Source: a virus (lineage: Duplodnaviria > Caudoviricetes). From it: a stretch of DNA of 56,699 bases. The DNA is taken from positions 1 through 56,699 of IMG/VR virus record IMGVR_UViG_3300044731_000819, one strand, 5' to 3'. The notes below the pieces were generated by a model, which worked only from the letters and a program-made list of their open reading frames with translations, did no database searches and was not told the origin of the DNA. Below are positions 28,526-37,300 of the stretch, piece by piece (position 1 is the stretch's first letter; each line of letters opens with the position of its first letter). A program made the position numbers and the translations under genes.

Positions 28526-29899
28526 TTATCCTTGTTCTTGTTTTCTTTTCTCCAAAACTTCTTTAATTCTGTCTCTTTTTTGTTGTTCTTTATTTTCTTC
28601 CAATCCTAAGAAAGTAACAGAACTTTCAGTGTCAATTTCCATCAACTCATTGTTAAATTTACAATTCTCAAATACAATCCCGTCTTTACCGATACGTGAT
28701 TTTGTAATTGCAATTGTTGCCAAATTTAATTCTTTTTGTTGTAAACTTTTAGCAATTGTAATAATAACGTGTCCAACTTGAGCCTTTTTAATTGAACCTC
28801 CCATTTGGTCTGTAGTCACTACTTCCGATGAAATAGAACTTCTATTACCTTGTGTTGCAGTCCAACCAGCAATGTGTAACTCGTGACACATTGCTTCAAA
28901 TGCTCTCATTACCGAACCTTCAGATTTCCATTCATCTTCCAATGATTTTTCAGGGGTTACACAATCAATATAATCCAAAATGACTACATCAATATTGATA
29001 CCATCCGCAATCATTTTTCTTAATTGATTCTTAATCTGATTCATTGTCAAAGTATCTGAAGGTAATTTTTTTAAGATAAGTTTATTTTCCATCTTATCTT
29101 TAATTTCCTGCACTTTACTTAACACTTCCTCTTTGTGGTCACCCAATTTATCAGGGGCAATTCCTGTCCACATAGTGAAGTGTTTTCTTTGGATAATCTT
29201 TGGATTGTCCTCAAAAAATATCTGAAGAACATTGAATCCCATATTAAAAGCATGGTTTGCAATTTTAGAAGTCACTGTGGTTTTACCAACTCCCGTAGGA
29301 GCTAAGATAACACCAATTTCTCCTTTAGCCAAACCACCTTTTAGTAGATTATCAATTCCTGGTATTCCCATTGGGATTGGGTGTCTGTAATCGTCAGATA
29401 ATACGTCATCAAGGTTTTCAAAAACGTCTCCTGTTCCTTTGTCTATGTTACCGACTTGAAGAGCTTCTCTCACCATCTCTTCAAGTTGGTCATAGTTTTC
29501 AAATTCACCGGAGTCAATTATTTTTTGAGCCCTACCCATTACTTTCTGTAACTCTTGTTGTTTACAGAATTTTAATGCTTTTTCTTGAACAAAAGTTTTC
29601 CCTTCGTCAGGTGCAATTTTTATTTCACCTATCGTATCTAATACGATTTTTCTTGCTAATTCTTGGGAAATTTCACTTTTAGCAACTTGAGACAGAGTTT
29701 CAAAATTAGGACTTGCCTCATATTTTGAATAGTATTCTTTAATCATCTGTAGGATGATTTTATAATACTTATTTTCAAAATATCCCACTTCAAGAACCTC
29801 CACAATTGAATGTGCGAAGTCCTTATCTGTGATAATTTGGTTCAGTAACTGTAACTGAAATGTTTGTCCTAAATAATCAAAATTCTTGTCTGTACTCAT
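28526..29899 (-). CDS. Replicative DNA helicase, DnaB / T4 gp41-like
   Basis: Walker A APTGVGKT, Walker B VVILDYID, WTATQGNR and KSRIG motifs. Confidence 0.9.
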   Translation of the reverse strand: MSTDKNFDYLGQTFQLQLLNQIITDKDFAHSIVEVLEVGYFENKYYKIILQMIKEYYSKYEASPNFETLSQVAKSEISQELARKIVLDTIGEIKIAPDEGKTFVQEKALKFCKQQELQKVMGRAQKIIDSGEFENYDQLEEMVREALQVGNIDKGTGDVFENLDDVLSDDYRHPIPMGIPGIDNLLKGGLAKGEIGVILAPTGVGKTTVTSKIANHAFNMGFNVLQIFFEDNPKIIQRKHFTMWTGIAPDKLGDHKEEVLSKVQEIKDKMENKLILKKLPSDTLTMNQIKNQLRKMIADGINIDVVILDYIDCVTPEKSLEDEWKSEGSVMRAFEAMCHELHIAGWTATQGNRSSISSEVVTTDQMGGSIKKAQVGHVIITIAKSLQQKELNLATIAITKSRIGKDGIVFENCKFNNELMEIDTESSVTFLGLEENKEQQKRDRIKEVLEKRKQEQG

Positions 29900-29926
29900 A
29901 GATGTCTGTTGGTTTTTTGATAAATA

Positions 29927-30379
29927 TTAACGAGCCAAGCGAACACCCATATAATCCAAAGTTAAATTTTTAGATGAAAAAATTTCTGTTAATTCTCTTA
30001 ATAAATCCTTCAATAGGAATCTTACATCCACAGTGTATCTAACTTTTGGTGGGTAAATCTTAGCATCAAATTGTCTATGATGAACCGTATCTCCGTCAAT
30101 TTTTACAAAGATATTAAAGTTTTCGGGTCCATCAGTAAAAGAAGTTTCCAATACTTGTGGGTCTTCAGAAATTTGGTATTCATTCTCAAGCAAATAATCC
30201 ACCGACCTCATCTTCAAATACTTTTGAAGTCTTTCAGTAAAGTCATAAACTTGGTCATAAACATCCATTGAGTTTTTTGCCTTCGGGTTAAATCCACGAA
30301 CATTGTAAAAACGTTGGACAACGATGTTCTCATTTAGAGTCAACAAAAACTCCATTTTTGTCATTTCATTTTGATTCAT
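29927..30379 (-). CDS. Hypothetical protein in the replication module
   Basis: 150-aa ORF between the exonuclease and helicase genes. Confidence 0.6.
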   Translation of the reverse strand: MNQNEMTKMEFLLTLNENIVVQRFYNVRGFNPKAKNSMDVYDQVYDFTERLQKYLKMRSVDYLLENEYQISEDPQVLETSFTDGPENFNIFVKIDGDTVHHRQFDAKIYPPKVRYTVDVRFLLKDLLRELTEIFSSKNLTLDYMGVRLAR

Positions 30380-30384
30380 TTTTT

Positions 30385-31389
30385 TTATCTATTTTTTGGT
30401 TTGTTTTTTTCTTTTCTTGTAAGTTTCATAAATGGTTTGAGGAAGTATGTCCAAGCATCGTCTCCCTTTGGTAGATACTTAAATAACCCATCTTCAACCA
30501 TATACTTAATAACGTTTCGGTAACTTCTACCGTCTTGTTCTAATGTTTCGTTAACAATTTCTGTAATTTCTTTTTTGTCCTCGTCAGTAAGGAGCGGGTT
30601 TGATAAATCAACTATCTGTTCATTTACCTGAAAAAATTCTTGCTCAAAGATACCTGATTTAGTCTTACCAGTTAAAAGATTTTTTAAAGTTTGATTATCT
30701 TTATTTTCTTTTAGTAAATCTTCAGCCTTTTTCAAAATATCGGTATAAGAAACTTCTGTTTCAAGTATCTCAGGAAAAAATTTAACTAATGTCTTTTCAC
30801 CCAAAAGATAAATCCCTTCAATATTGTCCGATTTATCACCAGTCATTATTTTCAATGTTTTAACATTATAATGTGGGAACTCAAAGTCATCAAATTTAAT
30901 CTTATCCCCGTATTTAAACGTAGATTTAAGGGATGGTGAGTATATGGACACCTTTTCAGAAATAAGTTGTGTTAAATCCCTATCTGATGAAAAAATTAGT
31001 TTATCTTCATTCTCGGAAACATGACAATAGTAAGCAATTAGGTCATCCGCTTCTCTACCACTAATCTCAAGTTGTCTGATATAAACTTCCTCAAGATATT
31101 GTTTGATACGATTTTTTTGTTTTAGGTAGGACATAAAGATTGCATCCTCCATTGTTAACTTACGATTTTGTTTGTACTTGGGGTAAAGAATTCCACGTAA
31201 ACTTGTGGAATCTTCACCATCCCAAAATACCACTACCTTGTCAAAGTTTTGTTCATCAATGAATTTACGGAGAGTATTCATAAAATGATACAACGCCCCA
31301 ATGTGTTCACCATTATGAAAGTAATCCTTCACACCGTGAAAACCAATCTTCATCAGATTATTTCCGTCAACAAGTAATGTTTTTTTCAC
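30385..31389 (-). CDS. 5'-3' exonuclease / flap endonuclease (T4 RNase H / PolI N-domain-like)
   Basis: LLVDGNN, VVFWDG, YKQNR, EADDLIA, SSDRDLTQL, GDKSDNIEGI..LGEKT motifs. Confidence 0.92.
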   Translation of the reverse strand: MKKTLLVDGNNLMKIGFHGVKDYFHNGEHIGALYHFMNTLRKFIDEQNFDKVVVFWDGEDSTSLRGILYPKYKQNRKLTMEDAIFMSYLKQKNRIKQYLEEVYIRQLEISGREADDLIAYYCHVSENEDKLIFSSDRDLTQLISEKVSIYSPSLKSTFKYGDKIKFDDFEFPHYNVKTLKIMTGDKSDNIEGIYLLGEKTLVKFFPEILETEVSYTDILKKAEDLLKENKDNQTLKNLLTGKTKSGIFEQEFFQVNEQIVDLSNPLLTDEDKKEITEIVNETLEQDGRSYRNVIKYMVEDGLFKYLPKGDDAWTYFLKPFMKLTRKEKNKPKNR

Positions 31390-31399
31390 TGAAAACTAA

Positions 31400-32398
31400 T
31401 TAGAATTGTTCGTTTTCGTTTTCAAAAGTTTCTTCAGTTTCATCAAGGATTAACTCCCCTGTTCCTGAAAGAATTGCGTTCCAATACTGTGAATACTCTT
31501 TTTTGTATTTTTCAAGAGCATCTTTATCATCAGCAATATATCCTTGTGGTGTTGCAATAATCTTACCATCTTTATATCCCAATCCGTTAATGTGGTTCTT
31601 TAGGACAGAGATTTTTGTTCTGATAGCGTAAGATACCGTTCTACCATTTTTAGTTGCAGTAATGTGATTAATACCAGCATTTTTCTGATTACCAAACAAG
31701 AATACAAGAGCAGATGCCAACCAAAGAGCCTCACCACCTTTTGCCTTAATTGTTGGTTGTCCAAATGGATTATCAGGTAATTCAACCCAAGGTTGATTAA
31801 CCACTACCATTGTGTTTGTATATGGATAATCTTCTTTACGAGATTTGGTAATACGAGCCTGAATACCCATACCAATCTTATCTGCCAATACAGATGCGTT
31901 ATGTTGTTTACCACCTTTACCGTCAAATGTCATTTTACAAGGAACTGAACCAACTGAATCCCAAAGGAAACAAAGAGAATAAGGAATGTTACCCTTTTCT
32001 TGTTCGTCTAATAACTCGTTGATATAATCTGTAACTTGTTCAATATAGTCAAAGTTATCATTGAAGATAAATTGTCCATCCCATTCTCCTTCAGTCATTT
32101 GAGCCTCAAGACCAAGTTCTACTGCGTGGTCCCACGACCATTTCTTTTCAGTAATAATGAAAACGGGTAGATGCCCCTTCTTCTGAGCCGAAACAGCGGC
32201 TTTAACAAGTGCTGTCGTTTTGGAAGAGTTTGAATGACCCAAGAACATATTGATGTTACCCAAAGCAGGACCAGGTAAACCGCAACTGTTATGGAAAGCT
32301 TCACCGACTTCATAAAACTCGGTTTCTTTGTATTTTGTTTTTGTGGAGTATTTGTTCTTGATTGCATCAAGTGAAAATTCTTTTTTCTTTATCGCCAT
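31400..32398 (-). CDS. RecA/UvsX-like recombinase
   Basis: P-loop-like GHSNSSKTT, FIITEKK, Walker B FLWDSVG, VVVNQ, KGGEAL motifs; adjacent to SSB. Confidence 0.85.
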   Translation of the reverse strand: MAIKKKEFSLDAIKNKYSTKTKYKETEFYEVGEAFHNSCGLPGPALGNINMFLGHSNSSKTTALVKAAVSAQKKGHLPVFIITEKKWSWDHAVELGLEAQMTEGEWDGQFIFNDNFDYIEQVTDYINELLDEQEKGNIPYSLCFLWDSVGSVPCKMTFDGKGGKQHNASVLADKIGMGIQARITKSRKEDYPYTNTMVVVNQPWVELPDNPFGQPTIKAKGGEALWLASALVFLFGNQKNAGINHITATKNGRTVSYAIRTKISVLKNHINGLGYKDGKIIATPQGYIADDKDALEKYKKEYSQYWNAILSGTGELILDETEETFENENEQF

Positions 32399-32437
32399 AA
32401 ATGTCTATGCGTTTAAATTGTTTGTGTTAAAAATAGT

Positions 32438-32476
32438 AAAGGATGGACACATTGTCTATGCTCGTGTCCATCCTTT
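32438..32476 (-). terminator. 13-bp stem-loop between ssb and uvsX-like genes (terminator or processing/regulatory hairpin)
   Basis: AAAGGATGGACAC-N13-GTGTCCATCCTTT perfect inverted repeat. Confidence 0.6.
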
Positions 32477-32482
32477 TATAAA

Positions 32483-33328
32483 TTAGAATGGTAAATCACC
32501 ATCTGGCTCTGACTCAGCCTGTGGGTCAGAATATGATGAAGAACCTCCACCCATACTCATTTCAGCAGATTCGCTATTACCATAAACATATCCACCCTTA
32601 TCTGAATCCCATCTTGGAGTTTCTCCACGAGCAATCGCTTCAAGATATTCGGTTGGTTTTTTAGAGTAAACGTCTCTCCAAGTCAATTCATCACTAACCC
32701 AAGATTTACCTGTTTTCTCATCTGTGTGGATTGGTGTCGCATCATCGTACATAACTGTTTGGATGATTGTATATTCTTTCCCTTTTGGAGTTTTTGCTTT
32801 GGCCAACTCAATGATAAGGTCACGTCCTTTTTCAGGGTCAGTGATATCACCTTTAGCCTTCCAAATTGGAATGATTTTGTCTAAAACACCTTCGTTTTTG
32901 TAGTTGTGTTTGAAACGCCAGAACTTTGGTCCGTCCGCTTCGTTGTCTCGGTCAATAACCTTAACGATGTAGAATTTACGTGCCTTATATTGTTTTGCAA
33001 GTTCCTTATCGGAATCTTTACCTGTACTAATAAGTGCGTCGTGAACATCTGTTAGAGGAGACGCCTCGTTGTCGTTTTTACCTGGGTCATAAAACTTGTT
33101 CCATTGTCCACCCACTTGAACTTCGTGAAACCACGCTTCAACAAATGGTGAACTTCCGTCCTTTGTAGGTAGGATACGAACTCGTTTTTGAGCCGATGAT
33201 TGATTAGCTGGAAGAATTGCCGCGAAATACTTTTTCATTCGCTCTTCCTGCGTCATTTTATTTGACGCTCCTCCTGATTGTTTTGATTTTTCGTACTGTG
33301 CCAGAACTGAATCTAAGACTGATGACAT
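32483..33328 (-). CDS. Single-stranded DNA-binding protein, T4 gp32-like
   Basis: RVRILP...PF.EAWFH, YIVKVIDRD.E.DGPKFWRF, DITDPEKGRDL; acidic tail ending DGDLPF. Confidence 0.85.
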   Translation of the reverse strand: MSSVLDSVLAQYEKSKQSGGASNKMTQEERMKKYFAAILPANQSSAQKRVRILPTKDGSSPFVEAWFHEVQVGGQWNKFYDPGKNDNEASPLTDVHDALISTGKDSDKELAKQYKARKFYIVKVIDRDNEADGPKFWRFKHNYKNEGVLDKIIPIWKAKGDITDPEKGRDLIIELAKAKTPKGKEYTIIQTVMYDDATPIHTDEKTGKSWVSDELTWRDVYSKKPTEYLEAIARGETPRWDSDKGGYVYGNSESAEMSMGGGSSSYSDPQAESEPDGDLPF

Positions 33329-33361
33329 AAATTATAAGTTTTAAAAAGTTAATTATTAAAA

Positions 33362-33392
33362 CAAATATAATCTAAAATCTTCAAAAGTCAAA
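33362..33392 (-). promoter_or_regulatory. Bacteroidota-type housekeeping-sigma promoter for the replication block
   Basis: Minus strand TTTG (33392-33389) - 19 nt - TATATTTG (33369-33362), matching the TTTG-N19-21-TAnnTTTG consensus, 33 nt upstream of ssb. Confidence 0.6.
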
Positions 33393-34070
33393 TTACACCT
33401 TATATAAATCTTGTTGGTCAGCCGGTGGTGTGAACGTTTTTTTAATTTCAGAAGGAGAGTAATTCTCAACTTCATCTGAAGTTAAAATATATTCATTTTT
33501 ACCAGTTTTTTCTAAATCTTCTTCTTTATCTTCAAAGAAGTCAGTTAATTTTTGATTAAATGGATAAGAATCCAAACTTCTCAATTCCAATTTTTCTTCA
33601 GGAGTTTTGTTACGATACTTCTCAACTTTCATTTCAAGTTGATTAATCTTATCAACAATATTATCCATATCTGCCAATTTTGAAGTTAGTTCTTCAAGTT
33701 GTCCAAACAATTGTCCAAAATAATCATCTTGTTTTGTTTGAATTTCTTTTTGAGAATTGACCAAATCAGTTATATCCAATTCCTCAGAACCACTTTCGTC
33801 GTCACCTGTTTCTTCAGACTCTCCTGAATCATCAATTTTTTCAACCTCAGTATCTGTTTCTACATCCACAATTTGTGGTTCATCGGGGGCAGGTGGACCT
33901 GCAGGTGCTGGAGCTTCGGGAGCTGGCGGCACATCTCCTGCAGCGGGTGGTATATCACCAGCCGCTGGAATTGGTTCGTCTACAGGTGGTAAAGCGTCCT
34001 GCTCATTAAGATATTGATTTATACTTCTGTATCTCTTAATCTCGGAAATAATTTTTTTGTCAATTGCCAT
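33393..34070 (-). CDS. Acidic, Pro-rich coiled-coil protein (possible prohead core/internal protein)
   Basis: 225 aa; PPAAGD repeats, D/E-rich middle, heptad-like region. Confidence 0.45.
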   Translation of the reverse strand: MAIDKKIISEIKRYRSINQYLNEQDALPPVDEPIPAAGDIPPAAGDVPPAPEAPAPAGPPAPDEPQIVDVETDTEVEKIDDSGESEETGDDESGSEELDITDLVNSQKEIQTKQDDYFGQLFGQLEELTSKLADMDNIVDKINQLEMKVEKYRNKTPEEKLELRSLDSYPFNQKLTDFFEDKEEDLEKTGKNEYILTSDEVENYSPSEIKKTFTPPADQQDLYKV

Positions 34071-34075
34071 TTTAT

Positions 34076-34300
34076 TTATCCGTTTAATAATCTTTTAATT
34101 CCGTTTGGAGTTTCTACATTAACTTTTTTGTTAACGTTCATTGTGTTGTCAACTCTTTCAATAAGTCCGTCTTTCATTCTGACAGTATAACAATCCCCAC
34201 TGTCTAAATCACAAACTTCCTTAAATCCGTTCCCAGCGTCTTTTTCAGAATATCTTGTTCTTTTACCAAGATAATTATCTAAAATTAATTGTATGCTCAT
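34076..34300 (-). CDS. Small hypothetical protein
   Basis: 74 aa, preceded by a TATTTAT motif at 34316-34322. Confidence 0.6.
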   Translation of the reverse strand: MSIQLILDNYLGKRTRYSEKDAGNGFKEVCDLDSGDCYTVRMKDGLIERVDNTMNVNKKVNVETPNGIKRLLNG

Positions 34301-34338
34301 AACTTTATTTTATATATAAATATACTGATTATTTGAAA

Positions 34339-37300
34339 TTACAAAACTCCTGAAGATTTAGCACCTAAAACACTTGTTTTGATTGATGCTTGATAATTTT
34401 GCCAAGTATCAGGTTGACTAGTTTTAAAAGAATTAATATCATCATCCGTCATTGACAACCATAATTTAGTATAAATTAAAAATGTTTCATCAATAAATGC
34501 TTGTACATTAGTTGGGATTGTTGGACTTATCAAATCAGCTCCTGATGGTATTACTAGATTAGTACCACTATTGTTATAATATGACGCCATCATTTGTATT
34601 GATAAATCATAACTATCAAATGAAGCCATAGGTATCGTGTTTGAATTACTTTGTTGGCAGTAATATTCTTTCTTTAGATAATTTGATAAATTACCTCCCC
34701 ACTTTCTGTCCAATCTTATTTTACCTATATTATAATTAAAGGCTTTAAATGAACTTGTTGATGAAATTGAGTTTGCTTGAGTTATTGTATAATAAACTAA
34801 CCATCTAACATTCTCATTTGAAATTTGAGATAGTTTTTGTGCCAAAATTGCCGGTGTAATTTCTTCTTTCTGAGAAGCTTGTACAAAGTTATAAGTATTA
34901 AATTGTTGGTCAATACTATTACCACAATTAGGATTATCGGATGATGTATTACTTATTTCTTGAGTAATTGGTTTTGAGGAACCGTCAATTATAGTATTTG
35001 CAGTTGTAGTTGTTGTAATAATACCCTGATTACTATTTTGTGATGCCGCATTTTCTTCTTGCTTTCTTGTCTCAACAACATCTTCCAATATTTCTCTAAT
35101 TGCCCCTTGTACGTAGGAATCAATTGGAGGAATTGAAAACATAGACTGCCTACTACCACCAAATGTCGTTTTAAATGAACCAGGAGATATCTGATGTTCT
35201 ACTTTCGTAATCATATATGTCCCGTTAAACATCGGAACGTGTCTCAAATTAAAATACATCAATGGTTGGATTTGAGCATTACCTAAACAAGTAACTGAAC
35301 ACTCATAACTTCTACTTCTATAAAAGTTCCAAAGTGATGTATTTTGAGTAACTGTTTTTCTACCTGTAGCCTGATTGATTTGTTGGTCTAAAGCATCCGC
35401 GGCTTCTTTAGTCATTTTAGCAGGATTGGTACTAATACTAAATGTTGAGAATATATTTTGGTTTCTAATTCCAATATCAACATTAAACCCTACAACTCTA
35501 TTTGATTTTGCGTAATCTGTTTTTCCTTGTAAACTTTCAATAAGTGGGTTGTCGGATGCTCTTCTCAATTCAAACGTATCCGATTTGTATCTATAATCTT
35601 TATTATTACCCATATCAAGATATGTTGACTTGGTATCATTATAGAGACATAAAAATTTAGGAGAACTCTTTCGGGTATCCACAGCCATAAAAGTTCCAAA
35701 TAAAGTATTTCCAAATTCAAGAGTTGATTCGACTTTTGGGGTGACTTGGTCAGCTATTTCTTCAGCATTGTAGAAGTTAATCCACTGTGGCATCATCATA
35801 GTGTACATATTATGTTCTTCAATGATACCATTCACAAAATTAAAAGTACTAGCCGATTTGTTCATACTTTTAAACATATTTTTTAAAGAAAATGGATTTA
35901 CAATTATTTTATCACCAATATCTCGGCTAGCTCTATCTAAAAATAAGAAATCTTCAAATAATGTAGTTTCATTATAGTTAGTTCCCGCAATCCAAGTATC
36001 ATTTAATGCTTTGAAATCATCATATAACATAAATTTCATTTGGTCACCTTCATAAGCAACTTTCTGTGTTGCTTCGGTAACTTCTGTAACATTTGGTAAC
36101 TCGTTTCTCGCCTTTAAAAGATAATAATTCAAAACCACATTCATATAATTTTGAGTGTCTCTCAAGTATCCTCTTAAATCATTTAAGAAGTTAGTCCCGT
36201 TATATGTGTTAAGATTAAATTTTTGAGTGGCATACATTTTAATTAATGGTGCCAAAATTTTAATATTTTCCTCACTGAACTGAACATTATTATCAACAAA
36301 GAAATCTGTTATGAATGAACCACTATTCGTATACACCATTCCGGGTGTATTAGAAAATCCCACATAAATTTGTAACGCTTTCCAAGTTTCAGGAAATGCC
36401 GTTTGTGATTGAGCAAGTGTCGTTGTCCCATTTGAAGTTGGTAACGAATTAAGTTCGTATTGTCCAAAAGTATATGGGTCTTGTATAAAGAATTCAGTAG
36501 ATAACGCAAAACTATAAAACGTTCTTTTATTAAATTTTGAAGGATTACCAATTTTAATAAATTTCTCATAATTCATAAACCCTTGGAAGTTTGTGAAAAA
36601 TGTATTTAATTGAGTATTATAGTTCTCACTAAATTTATTTAATTTGTTAGTGTTTGTCGAACCTGAAAATCCAAATAAATCTTTAAATAGTAATTGGAAA
36701 TTTAGATATTGTTTGTTTGGGGTATTTTGTATTCTGTTAACAATTTGTCGGATAGTTACATTTTCTTCTTTTTTTAGGACTTGGAATTCCCATTCTGATT
36801 TACTAAAATTTAAAAAGTGTTGTTCAAATTGGTCTAGTTCTTCTTTTGAAAAAGTTCCAAATAAATCTTCTATCGATGAATACTGATACCCAAGTCTAAA
36901 TGACGGTTGGTCTTCAGTTTCATTATCAATCTTTTTTAACCACTCATTTGGTGCCGGTTTTGTAATTAATTCATTATCAAAATATCCATATTGCGATACC
37001 GCCCAAAACATTCTTGTGGACCCATTAAACACCGCAGGATTATTAGGTATAGTAATTTTAGATTTAGTAAATTGTTTATTTAAACAATCATATTTAGATT
37101 GATTTAATTGTGAACCAACTGAAGGAATTACATAACTTTTTTTAGTGTTAGGGTCATTATACACAACCGACCAACTATTAAATGTTAACGCTTGGTCAGG
37201 TAAATTTTCATCATAATTTTTCTCTAACGTATATGATGAATTCTCATTATTCATATATGTAACACTAAGTGTTCCTTCTTGAATTTTCTGATTAATTTCC

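Noticed and set aside
25101-29899. Inteins, introns or homing endonucleases in nrdA/nrdB/helicase
   Set aside because: Protein lengths are normal and no intein or HNH/GIY-YIG/LAGLIDADG motifs are visible.
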